Source: Lama guanicoe (taxonomy: Eukaryota). From it: 64,000 nucleotides of DNA. Both the position numbers and the translations under genes were made by a program. This document shows, piece after piece, positions 1 to 11,830 of the stretch (within the stretch, counting starts at the first letter, position 1; the number at the start of each line of letters is the position of its first letter). The stretch is taken from positions 24,678,433 to 24,742,432 of the forward strand of contig MU054187.1 of assembly GCA_013239625.1 (NCBI GenBank). Direction: 5' to 3'. The notes below the pieces were generated by a model, which made no database searches, was not told where the DNA came from, and was given only the letters and a program-made list of their open reading frames with translations.

Positions 1-325
1 CTCAGTGTTGTTGAGGATACATAGCAGCTGAAATTCTCATACACTGCTGTTGAGGAATCAAAGTAATCTGGCTACTTTTAGAAAACAGGAATTTCTTCTA
101 AATATGAGGGTCCTCTTACCATATGAGTCAGCAACCCCACTCCTAGGTATTTCCCACAATGAAATGAAAACTTCTACACCAAGACATGAATGAAAATGCT
201 TATAGCATTTTTCATTTTAAATGTTTATTCATGATAGCTCCAAACTGGAAATAACTCCAATGTCCATCAATTGGTAAATAAGTTGTGGTAGTTCATATAA
301 TGGAATACTACGCAGTCATAAAAGG
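1..325 (+). mobile_element. Old L1 (L1M-type) 3' fragment
   Basis: Degenerate L1 ORF2-end motifs: ccactcctaggtatttccc, atagctccaaactggaaataac, aatgtccatca, atggaatactac. Confidence 0.7.
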
Positions 326-2182
326 GGGCATTCCAGAAAGAGAAGAAAGCTGGCACAAAGGCTCAAGACAAGAAAAAGCTTGATGTATTCTTATAGCTAC
401 TAGGATTTGGAGGCCAGCGGAAGGTTAAGTGTGAGGAGCTAAACAGTAGTTGAAATAAACCACATACCTTGCATGCCATGCTAAAGATTAAGATTTATAT
501 TTTTGGGAAGGGATAATGTCTACAGTTCAATTTAAGCAGTGTAAGGCACACAGATAGATATTGAGATAAAATAAATAGAAAAAAAATATGTGTTCAACAG
601 ACCATGGATTGACGTATTGCCAAGGAATCCTAATCTGTGCAGGTCGGCTACGGATTCAAAGACAGAGATGAGAATGGTGGCACTTGTTAGGATTTTCCTG
701 AGTGTGTGATTTAAATACGTAGGATAGGTGAGGTCCATAAATGTGTTTCTATGTCATTTCCTTGTGCTTGCATTAGATGTAAAGTTTCTCTTTCAATGTT
801 CAGGTTAACACATTATTAAAGTCAGAGAAGTAGTTACTGTGTTGATACAAACCAAAATATGATACTTTTCAAGTAATCAAAAGACTATTTATAGAGGGAA
901 AAAGAACATAATATTTCCTTCTGTCATTAAAGTAAATAAAGTTTTAAGTAAATAAAGTTTAGACTTAAAAAACACTCCAGGTTTTGGCTCTAAAATATAC
1001 CTTCAAAAGATGAAACCAAGAAGTTAGCATATCAATAAATTACACAGGGTTTACAGGTCACTCCTCCATGTAAGAAAATAAAAAGCTTTGTCAAACAAAG
1101 TCCATCAGGAGGGGCTGGCAGTTAGGAGTGCCCGGATGGAAATACAGTATTGGAGGAAAAGCTGCATTGTGGTCATGAGGGAAAAGTCGGAACTAAAGAC
1201 ATGAAAGAGATAGAGGAGGCAGTTGCTGGAGTTGGAATAAAGCCAGATTACATTAATGGACACTTATTGGCAGCTGCTACCTTTGACCAGGTTTCTCCTT
1301 GACAGTCCTGAGTGCTCTGCCTCGACGTATACAGTCTTAAAGGGATAACCAGGAAAGGACATATGTCTAAGGGGATGCACAACAAGTAGGGAACTGAAGT
1401 GTAGGTGTAACACGATGGGTCAGCTCCAGCAGGTTGTAACGTCTTCTCCAAGAGCTCATGACCCACTTGGCTTCCTTGAGTTTCTTTCTGGCCGTGTCAT
1501 GTATAGCTACACTCAGCACATGTGTGAACTCTACTGATGTGTTCAGCTCTACCACCTTGTGCCCCCATCCGGTAAGCTGGCTTCTATTGCAAGCCAAAAT
1601 CCTAATGCCCATTTAGAATTAATTCAGATTGAAAAGCAGGCCTGCTTTGTCCCATGTCATTTTCTGTTAGTTTTGGTTTTTTTTTTTTTTTGGTACTTCA
1701 GTCTATTCAGAACTTTCTTAGCTTTTGTTAGGTCCTAGTCTCATTGAATGACTCTGAGTAATGAGTAATTAGTATAAATTCTACTGCCAAAGTAGTTTTA
1801 CTGGCCATAATTGGATGCCAAATAAATGTGATTATAATGGTAAGGAAATAGCTAACAAAGTCAACTGGAACTCACAAGAAGCAGTGAAACAATGAGAGAT
1901 TAGGAAGACTTGTATATATTAAAGAAATTAATAAATTTTAGGTTAACATATCAGAACAAGTTAATACTAGAAGGACCTCTTCCTCCAGACACAAAACACA
2001 TGGATCAGATATAACAATGGAAGTTTTGGTTGTACTGTCAAGCTATAAATTAGTGAGAAAATCTACAGACTGTAGAAATAAAGGAATGAAAAATGTAGGG
2101 CAGTGATGGGTGAGCAGGAACAGAAGCCAAAATAGCTTACACACTAGGGTGATGGCAGGGTTACCTCGCACATTACTGGTTT

Positions 2183-2701
2183 TGTTACCAAACCAAACTT
2201 GAGTCCATTCACCTTTGGGCTATAAAACCAACCTGTGGACACCGGGTTGTGGTGAAGGGAAGCTCAGAATTTATTGTAGCCACCATACAAGGAGTCCAGG
2301 CAGCTCATGCTCTAAAATCCTCGAAGGGCTTCAGAAAAGCATTTTCAAAGGCAAGGTGAGGACGGGAATTGCAGGGTGTGTGATCAGGTCTTGGGCACAG
2401 TTGTGCACGATTCTCTTGTTGGTTGATGGTGACGAGATAAAAGGGCGGTGTTACAGGGATTGAGATGATTGATCCTTAGTCTTCAGCCTGTTTTGGAGGG
2501 TGGTGCTACCTGCTCATGGTCATCATGTAGTTAACTTCCATGTGGTGGGGCTCTAGCTTCTGTAAAAGAACTTAGCAGTGTGCTTCAAAAACTGTTATCT
2601 CTGTAGTTCAGGGAGGAACTAAAGACCCTGTGTGTTCCATTTGGCTGATTTACTATTTAAATTGTTACCAGTTCTTCTGGCACAAAGGCTCCTTTTGCTG
2701 T
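2183..2701 (-). mobile_element. ERV1-type LTR (solo or fragment), interrupted or followed by a SINE
   Basis: Begins TGTTACC at 2183. The tttatt near 2270 is AATAAA on the minus strand. The sequence resembles cetartiodactyl ERV1 LTRs. The right boundary is uncertain. Confidence 0.6.
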
Positions 2702-2823
2702 CTTTTTTTTTTTTTTTCTTGGCATTTTAATTTATTTTTTCCCTTAACGGAGGCACTGGGAATTGAACCCAGGACCTCCTGCATGCCAAGCACGCACTCT
2801 ACCACTGAGCTACACCCCTCACC
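2702..2823 (-). mobile_element. tRNA-derived SINE, Vic-1-like (camelid)
   Basis: The minus strand reads GGGGTGTAGCTCAGTGGTAGAGTGCGTGCTTGGCATGCAGGAGGTCCTGGGTTCAATTCCCAGTGCCTCC (A and B boxes), followed by an A-rich tail (T-run at 2702-2745). Confidence 0.85.
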
Positions 2824-4786
2824 TTCTCAGAATAATTAATAATAAGTCCCCTTCCAATTTTCCAAGTGTCCTGACTTAGAAGATGAATTATAAGGTTCTC
2901 CTAATTAATTAACAGGCTGAAACCAGGTGTTATGCTTGAGAGTACAGTTCTGGCCAAAAGACCTAACTATAAACTTTCTGCATATGACTAAGAGTCATGA
3001 GGAGCTGACTTTTCCATGAAATGGAAAAACTTCAGCCACTAACCCTGCTTAGGAAACTGCAAGGAGGTTTGGGTGGAAAAGAAGCCAGTCCCTCAGCCTG
3101 TGGGTAGCTGTGGAGCCAAAATTCATTCTGTATGCTTGACTCAAATGATCCTAAACTGAAATATGTTTGTTAAAACTGATCTAGATATGGTGAAACCCAT
3201 CCAGTCTAGGTAGAGGTAAATTTGAAATGGGCTGTGGTTAGGATTCTACATCTTGAGTATGCAGCATAAACCAGCAAATCAGTTCCTGCTGGAGATGAAT
3301 TTACACTACAGATCACAGTCTACTTGAGGAAATGAATCACTGTGAGGAAGTACTAGCAGGCACAATAAATAGAAGAAAGTGCACAGCAAGGTTACAATCC
3401 AGTCTGAAGGATACTTTGAAATAAATATTTATAAGGAAGGAAGGAATATAAATCATACTGAAAGAACAAGAAAGTATTTTACGTAAGAGCAGACTGATTT
3501 GTAAAAAAGCCAAATAGACTCTTTCTGCAAATAAAATACATACTCATAAGGAAAAAAAAACTGAGTGGATAGATTTCAAATCTCTTTTATTTAGTTTATC
3601 CAAAACTCTGGCGCCTTTTGTTAGTTAACTCTGGAGATTAACTCTTGCATACATATATTTTTAAACAGGAAATAAAATTAATTTTCCCCCAGGAATTGCA
3701 CAAGGAAACTCAATGTGTTTTACATGCTTTGATGGAAAGTGATTCCAAACTCTAATTCTGAGCTCTGGATGCCACACTAAATTTCTAACGTACTTAGCAT
3801 TAGTTTTGATTACTATTACAGGTCATAAATTAACATAAAAATGCACACAAAAAAGCACATTCCTTGGCAATCCCCCAAAAGAACCACCCTATCAAACATT
3901 CTAGTTATAGCAACGTAACAGGCAATTAAGACAGTCAATCAAATGATTATTGTAACTATCATTACTGGTACATATTCTTAAAAATATTTAATAAATAACA
4001 ATATGTTCACATTTATGATTAATGCTGTTATTTCTGGGATTTTGTAATTGTTTTAAGATTGAGAACAGGGTAAATATAGAGTTGTTTTAGTAATACTATA
4101 TACCTGCTAACATCACTATTGCATAAATGCAGGTCATTTGTCTTTTTTTTTAAATAATTTTATAATTCTAAAATGCCAGATTAACAATCCCTTTTTTAAA
4201 TCATGAAACATCAAGAATAAATTATATAATGATGGAACTTCAAGTTTTCTTTCCAAATAATCTCATCTGTGATGTATTTCACTGTATAGTTCTTTCTTTC
4301 AAATCTATGGGGAATAATTACAAAATAGCCTGTAAATTCAATAAAAGCAAGAATCTCTGAGTAAGTCACTGTCGGTTAAGTACCTGTTAAGAATCTGAGA
4401 TCCATTTCAAGAAACAATTTAACAATGAATATACATACAAAAGAACTGCTATGTTATAAACATTTTATTAACTGGGGAGACCAAATAGTATTTTAAAACT
4501 AAAAGAGAATAAAGTTGGGAGCAAAATAATAAAATTACATTTTAAAGAGAAAAAATAATGTCAGTGTTCTTATGAAATTATCATCTGTGGTGGCATAAGT
4601 AGAAACTCTGAAGTCTCTGGAGGGAACTGTGGAAGCCTGCTTATGAATAAAATAGATTAAGGGAAGGTAATGCATTTTGCAAGATACTGACTGGATAGGT
4701 TTATACCAACAAAGCATCAATATTTAAATCTAATAAATCAATTTTGACCTATTTTGAAAAACAGAAACAATCCATTTTTCCCCTAA

Positions 4787-5930
4787 ACTGGCAAGAGGAT
4801 CATTCAGAGTGGAAATTTGATTTTTCATATATGTCATGAGGTGGGTTACGTTAGAAGAAACATCAGGTACAAAAACACAACATTTAGTATGCATCATAGC
4901 ACGAGTTCCCCCTTGGGGAGCAGTTAGACTATGGGGGCCATGTGATTCCATGGGACCATTTTTTTCATAATGGAATCTTCTGAAGTGAGCAAACTAATGG
5001 TTTGGTTACTATACTTTACTACTATAATTCAAAGCTTGCTGAGTAAATTTTGTTAAAGACTCTGTGTGAGTGACGGTATCTTCTATTCCGAATGAAGAAA
5101 CAAATATCATGGCCAATTGATCATACCGTCGGAAGACTAATTGAAACCAGTTGCCTGCATTAAAGGTAGATTGGCAGGGGCTGTTTTCAAGGTTGCTGGT
5201 TGATGACCTTTAGCCCAAGGGAAACTAACTGTGCATCTTTCTAACCAACCTGGGAGAACCAAGGCCATAAAGTTGCTCCATAAATCCACTGGGTCTTGTT
5301 AGGAGCAACTCAGTATTTTCCTGGTCATCTTAGCCAATCGGTTCCAAAGCAGTCACTGGTTCTCAAAGGTAATGATTTATCAGCATTGTTCATAGGCACT
5401 CAGCCCAACTTCCTAGTGTTATTAGGCTGACTATCCTCAGTACAATTTAACTGTTCCCAATATAAGAGCCTTCAAACTTAAATGACCAAGGCCTGGTGTT
5501 AGCCATATAAATCCATCCCATAATTGAAGGAGGGTCCCTCATAATTGTGACGTTATACTCCTTGACTGGAATTTAGCTCATTGCTCTGATTGAGCCTAAA
5601 TAACTTTAAATAAAATTCATACTTATGGCCACAAGCAGAACAACGGTGGTTAACTGGCCAAGTGAGGGGTCCTATCTAGTAACATCACTAGTGGCCCAAA
5701 CAGAGCTATAATTCTTTTCTTCTAAAATAAACTTCCTAAGGGTCATATAGTAAGAAACTCTAAGAGGAGAAATCCATCATGGTAACCCAGGAGTACTACA
5801 CACACACGGTAATTGGCCACAAACCCAGCAACTGGACTGACTTTTGAAACTGTCACATGATTGAGCCCAAGAAAGAAATGTATTTGGCTCATAAGCAAAA
5901 GTGTGAGCCACCAGCAAGGTAATTAGTATA
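4787..5930 (-). pseudogene. Decayed gamma-type retroviral env (SU plus TM ectodomain)
   Basis: The minus strand gives LITLLVAHTFAYEPNTFLSWAQ..SSCWVCGQLP (SU CxxC motif at 5819-5830), then LTKFTQQALN, then KKMVPWNHMA/SLTAPQGGTRAMMHTKCCVFVPDVSSNVT (degenerate immunosuppressive domain and CX6CC). Stops and frameshifts are present. Confidence 0.85.
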
Positions 5931-6049
5931 CAGGTCTGGTTCAGCTGTCTACTTCAGATGTCGCCTTCTTCTTGTCCTGGTCTGGTAGTACTGGTCTCAG
6001 TTAGTCAAAGCTGGGTGTCAGAAACAGAAGTTGTAGTCCATTCAGAAAA

Positions 6050-6240
6050 GCCTTGATTTGGCCCCTTCCAAAGTGGCTATAAAGTGTTCTTTACTTGATG
6101 TCTTTTCCAAAATGTATAATATCCTGGTTTCAGGTCATGGGGCATCTGATCTTCATCCAGAGATAGATTACTGTGATAAGCTTCAAAAACAAACTTAGAA
6201 TGTCCTTTTAATAATTCAATTAAACTTTATAATAATATAA
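6050..6240 (-). pseudogene. ERV pol integrase C-terminal remnant
   Basis: The minus strand gives HDLKPGYYTFWKRHQVKNTL*PLWKGPNQ, a degenerate WKGPY (GPY/F) motif lying just upstream of env. Confidence 0.75.
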
Positions 6241-9200
6241 CACAGTAGTGAGGAGTCATCCATGAAGTGAGTCTTGGACAGTAAATATAGAACCTCAAAG
6301 ACAATTATAAGTTGCTAGAATTTAATGTCCGCAAAGCTGTATTGCTAAAACATATTTTTCTCTCTAGAATTGTTCTAATTTTGGCCAAATAAAGCCAATT
6401 AAGACGAATTTCTTTAGCAAAAGAAGTCTGGTTTCAATAAACTTGGCCTGATTATTTACATAAGTGTAATTGATCATATAGGCTGTTTTAAATTTGGCTT
6501 TGCTGGAACTTTTCATTAGGAATCTCAGATTGAACTTTTAAAAGGCCTCTCAAGGCCAGGAAAGCCACACCAAGGGCATATTATCAGATTCTGCCTTCAG
6601 TATCTACAGATTTGGGTGAAGTTCTGTCTTCTCAAGATCTCCAAAATATCTTGAGACTTTTGTACCTTCCAGGAGGTGGCCTTCCTCATTTACCTGGTAA
6701 GGCTGCTGGGAACTCTGTCAGCAGGGCACCAGATCATTTCCCCAAGGGGCTTTATGTCTTCATAAAGTTCACCTTAGTTCTTAAAAGCTATCTGGTCATA
6801 TCCAATTCTACATACATCTTCAAAATAATGACCGTCCAGTCAGAGCCATGGTAATATAAACGATGTTTCCAATTATGTCCTGTTATAAGGGAAACAGTTT
6901 CCTATTGAACTTATGTAAATAACTATATTACCATAAAATAAGAATACCCACTAAGAGTTTCCAAATTCTGGAGGGATCAGGTTGAGATAAAAGATAAATG
7001 TTTTAATTCTACTTATAAAAGTGTAATTTACCGAATTACTGGAAGTCATAATTAGCCTAAGGGGAAAGATTCCCTTACATGTAGAAAACAAAGATAAAAG
7101 CAATATTTCAGTAATGCTTCAGACAAAAACCATAAAAATTACAACCATATTCAACAGTTCACTCAGTCCTATGTAACTATTCCTTGATCTTAATAATCTT
7201 TTAAGTGTTTAGAAGCCATCAGTGTTTCCAGTAGAACTTAGAATTTCTTACCCATTTCATCAGTATGATCTGAAATTTATCAGATACCTGTACTCAGCAA
7301 AAAGTCCTTTCTATGAATTGTCTTGAAGATGAAGCATGTTTGCAGAAGTATCAGAGTAAAACAACTGCTTATGAATGACAAAGATTTGATTACAACGCAA
7401 TTGACAAAAAACTTGACTTTTTAAGATAATAACGTGAATTATGACTTATAGTATATGCTAAGACATATCCAATTTTAGAAGTTTCATGTACTTTCTAGAA
7501 CATTTATATTAGTGACATTTACCCATACAATATAATGTAAGACAGTTTATCATTACTCATTTGACAATGCTGCCTATGTAACTTAACATATCAAATAATA
7601 CTACTTTTTTAATAGCTCTCTTTGAGATGCTTCAGGGACCCTCTGAAACATTCTAAAGTTACACAGAGATCGAAAGAACTTCATTTAGAGTTTGAGGAAT
7701 TTTGTCAAAAATATCAAAAAGTTTTTAGCACTTGGTCAAATAGATCAAAGATCACTGTGAAACAATATTTATTTGCTTAATCAAAGTAACAATAAAAGAT
7801 TTCGAAGGCAAACACAAAAATTTACAACTTAAAAGGTAAAGAAACTTACAATCTGTTATCAAAAGTAGGTCTGTATTCCAGGAAAACTTTATTCTCTTAG
7901 CAGCGGAAGAGAACCAGACTCTAGTCTTGCACCAACTTACTTTCAATAACAGAAGTTATTTACTTAATTAAATTAAATCTGATTTTAGCCAGTTCTGATC
8001 AGGCACAAATCTCTTTTCTCAGGTTTCCTTTTCCACAAACCTCCCACAGCTTTCTATATCCATATTAGTTTGTCTTATTTTCTTTCCCATTTAGAAATAA
8101 CCAACTTTAGGATAAAATTACTTTATTTTCCTTTAACAAATGGCATTTTCATTCCTCATACCTTCTTTTACTGAAAACACAAATCTTAACTTTCCTTGCA
8201 TCTGGAAATGTTTCCCTTAATGTTTCTAGTAACTTTAATTACATATATACTACAATCTTTAACTTTAAAAACTCTAATCTCTAGCAAAACCAAGAAGTAA
8301 TTGTGAACTGTTTGTCATACCAGCATTTCCTGATTGTCAAACCAATGAATATATTCTATAACCTCTAGAAATATACATATTTCTCACAGCATAATTTCTT
8401 TCCTCAATGTGGCACAAGATGGGTGTCCGAGAAACCCATACATCTTTAGTTTTTCTCTAATAAGAAGACAAAAGTAGGTAATTTAGATTTGTCCAGGATT
8501 TTGTCTCACTAAGAAATTATCTGGATATTCAATTAATTCACATCATTTAACTTAATTTAGCAAAACTCTTAATTTCAAGTTACCAGGATGCGGGAGGAAC
8601 TGTTTTAGATAGACATATCTAAAACATAGTTATTCTTAAAGGGTTCACCTAAAGACTCTTAGCTAACATATTTAAAAGTTTCATCATTCTAAGTTATTTT
8701 TCTTGTTGATGATTTTGCAATAGTTATAACAAGCTCTTATTTGATTTCTAGTAAATCTAGGCACAATGAAGCTATTATACTTAATATTGATGACTCTAAA
8801 CATGTCTAGATTCATTAAACCAATAAATTTAAACCTAATTTAATATCAAATTTTACTTCAATACTAAATATTTCCCAGGTCGCATAAACCTGAAATTCAT
8901 TCGGGTTGGTTTCTTTTATATTTCTGAGTATTTATATAAGTGCTTAATTTTCTTTAAACCAATTAAATAGAGCTCTTTTACAGATTAATTTTGGCTATAC
9001 CATCCAGAGGTAAATTATATCATATCTGTAATGTACACACAGGCATCCATACATCCATATAGACACAGACAGACCGTATAGCTTTTCTGTTTGAGTTTAC
9101 AAAGGCCTCCTTCCCATCTCTCACCCCTCCACCCTGGTTTTTTTTCCTTTCTTTCTTTCTTTTTTTTTTTTTTCAGTCTCAGTATTGGAGATGGTCTAGA

Positions 9201-10036
9201 TAAGAGTAAGATAAAAGTTGCTGAGAGTCCTGACAGAATATTTACATCTCAAGGCACAGGGAGAGAAAAGCAAGTTCTGTTCCCTTAGGATCAGAATTCT
9301 GAAAAGATGTTTTGTTTAATCAAGCTGGCTTTCTCTAACTGTGTGCCGAAGTCAGCTTTGGAATGTCAGACGAGTTCCATCTTGGCCATTTTCAGGGCAA
9401 GACCTCCCTCTGTTCCCAACTACATAAGTACTTGCACGTATCAGCTCCCTAAGTGTGACACATAAAGCCAGCTGGTGTCCTCATAGGTGGCTGTCCATTA
9501 GGGAACTGCTAGGCCTTTGGGACACAATTTCTCATTGTTATTTTAATAGCTTAATTCAGATATATGATATGATCTGAACAACTTTCTGAGGACAGTGTGG
9601 TGGATGAGATGTGTGCTGCTTCTGGGTCTAGCTCCCCAAAGAGTTGCTTTGGGTTGGTTCAACTCTTTTAAGTGTCATAGTTTCTCCATCTGACAGTCCA
9701 AAACCACCGTGGGTGCTCAGAGCACTGGATGATCAGTCCTTAACTCGTGTATCCCTGAAAGAGCAGTCTTTACCTAAAGCTTGTAATGAGTTTCTCTATG
9801 GGGCCACTGCCTGTCACAAGGACTGATTCTCAGACATTTCTGCTAGGTGAGAACACTTTGTGGCTGAAAGAAGCAAATGTCCCTTTTTCTTCAGAGCTGA
9901 GTAATTCAGTCTCTCATTTCAGTAGCAAACAGTTTGTTCAGACCACATATCTACTTGTTTTTTTTTTTTCAGTTTAAGTTAAATTTATAAAAAAAACAGC
10001 CACCTATGTTTCCATTGACCTGCCCAAAAAATTAAT

Positions 10037-10442
10037 TGTCAATCTAAGAAAGAAATGGAAATTTTTATTTGAGGCAACCTGAGGATTATAACCCAGGAGA
10101 CAGTCTTTCAGATAGCTCCGAGGACTGCTCTGCCCATAGGAGGTCAAAGCACAGTTAGATAAGCTTTTGAGACAAAGGGTTATACATTAAAGGGTTATAT
10201 AGCAAAGTAACATGTTGGCAAGTAGTGGGTGGTCATGATTCCTTACGTCACTAAGAAGGCAATGTCATCTCCTAAGGTGTTACCTTGCTGGTACCAGTAG
10301 GAAATTGATTGATTGTGTGTGTGTGTGTGTGTGTGCTCATGCACAAGCATTCCTGTGTCTTTTTAGGGGGTAGTGGCTCAAACAGCAGAGCAGATTTTGT
10401 TAAATTTTTCTTGTGCCTTAAAATAATTTTGTTTCATCAACA
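10037..10442 (-). mobile_element. ERV1 LTR, probable 5' LTR of the adjacent provirus
   Basis: TG...CA ends and a minus-strand AATAAA at 10064-10069. The motif gaggattataacccaggagacagtctttcagatagctccgagg resembles artiodactyl ERV1 LTRs. Same orientation as env. Confidence 0.65.
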
Positions 10443-10551
10443 GCCTCATCCGGGAGGTAGGCTCCAAGCTGGCGAGGGATTTAGCCGCTTGGGTATGGTG
10501 GGGACAGGTCCCAGGCACAAGGATCAGCCAATGAAAAATTCTCAGGAGGAA

Positions 10552-10662
10552 AACTTGCCTCTTACGTTTGAAGGACAGCATGGGGACACTGGAGGGAAAG
10601 GTGAGATTAGAACTGTAAACTGGTGTATATGTGTGTGGGGGGGGCCTTTTGACCATTGAATT
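10552..10662 (+). repeat. Dispersed direct repeat, copy 1 (about 111 bp)
   Basis: aacttgcctctta...ccttttgaccattgaatt recurs at 11716-11830. Confidence 0.95.
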
Positions 10663-10879
10663 AACCTTATCGATGAAATGAAAACTATACATTGTCTATT
10701 CACACTATTATAACTGTGTATTATAAGGTCGAAGAAGTAGGTGTTGTTCTTTCTGACTCTGTTATGAATATCAGAATGAAAAGTGGTTTGAAGCTCTAAT
10801 TATTCAACTCAATCAATTGTGCAGAAATTGCTTATAACTTCTGTGTTTATGATTTGAATAATATGGCTGAGGTTCCTTT

Positions 10880-11003
10880 AGCAGAGATTTAATTTAATTG
10901 GTAGTGGTGAGGATGGGAAGGGAGGAGTTTACGCCTGAGCACTGGGTTTTTTAAATGCCCCCAGGTGGCTCTAATATGCAGCCATGGTTGAGAAGCACTA
11001 CTC
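10880..11003. mobile_element. MER5-like hAT DNA transposon fossil
   Basis: ccccaggtggctctaatatgcagccatggttgagaagcact matches a MER5A-type terminus. Confidence 0.6.
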
Positions 11004-11715
11004 TGGTACCTGTACAAGTAAAAAAAAAAAAAAATGAGAGAGAGAGAAAAGGCTTTTCTCGTTCCTGCTCCCATACTGAGTTTCCTCCTTGCTGCTTTAG
11101 CTCACTTCAGTTTCACGTCACTACCTAGGATTCCAAAACTACAAACCCCCTCCACAGAAATCCGGAACGTCTCCATCCACGCCACTGGAGAGGGAAGGTA
11201 GGGCAGGGAGCAGTTCTCCTTTGCCGCCCCATTCATGAGTTTCCCACAACACCAACAAACAAGGCTGAGTGTGGGTCCCAGATGACCGAAAAGCTTGTGC
11301 TGGAGAATGATAGCAGAAGAGCAAGGGCAAGAGCGGGGGGACATGTTGGCATCAATTACCTAATAAAAGAAATTTTAAGAACAAGGCTGTCTAATATTCA
11401 GTGTCAAATTTTGGCATGGTCATGGCACGAAATATCTCGTCGCCCCAAATCATGTTTCATTTTTGTGTGCCTGGCACATTTTTGGCACAAAATAAATTGT
11501 TTGTTATACAAATGAATGAATGAATTCAAGTGGGCTGAACACACAAACAACAAGCCCCAACCCATCCTTTCCCAAGCCCTCCAGTCCTGCTCCCCAGAAG
11601 CAGTCAAGTTTACCTCTTTAACCTACTAGCCCTGAATAATATGTTTATGCTGCTCATACTGGAAGTATCACTGTTAGATCCGGCCTACTCACTTCCTGCT
11701 GAGATAGACAAGGGG

Positions 11716-11830
11716 AACTTGCCTCTTATGTTTAAAGAACAGCATGGGGACACTGAGGGTAAAGGTGAGATCAGAACTGTAAACTAGTATGTGTGTGTGT
11801 GTGTGTAGGGGGCCTTTTGACCATTGAATT
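11716..11830 (+). repeat. Dispersed direct repeat, copy 2 (about 115 bp, expanded GT tract)
   Basis: Direct alignment with 10552-10662. Confidence 0.95.

Larger units (their letters stand above)
4787..10036 (-). mobile_element. Class I ERV internal region, non-autonomous (MER4-group-like)
   Basis: A long AT-rich non-coding interior runs contiguously into the integrase tail and env remnants. No RT motifs were recognised. Confidence 0.7.

Noticed and set aside
929..962. Short tandem duplications (also about 10175-10200, 26505-26535 and 49024-49048)
   Set aside because: These are ordinary 12-19 bp slippage events.
1248..1612. Short minus-strand ORFs as a retrocopy or ERV fragment
   Set aside because: No motif, poly-A or TSD could be confirmed.
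2747..2823. tRNA gene (also 53798-53880)
   Set aside because: The cloverleaf is degenerate and an A-rich tail follows, so these are SINEs.
4787..5930. Functional syncytin-like env
   Set aside because: It has in-frame stops, a frameshift in the ISD, loss of the first Cys of CX6CC and no membrane anchor.
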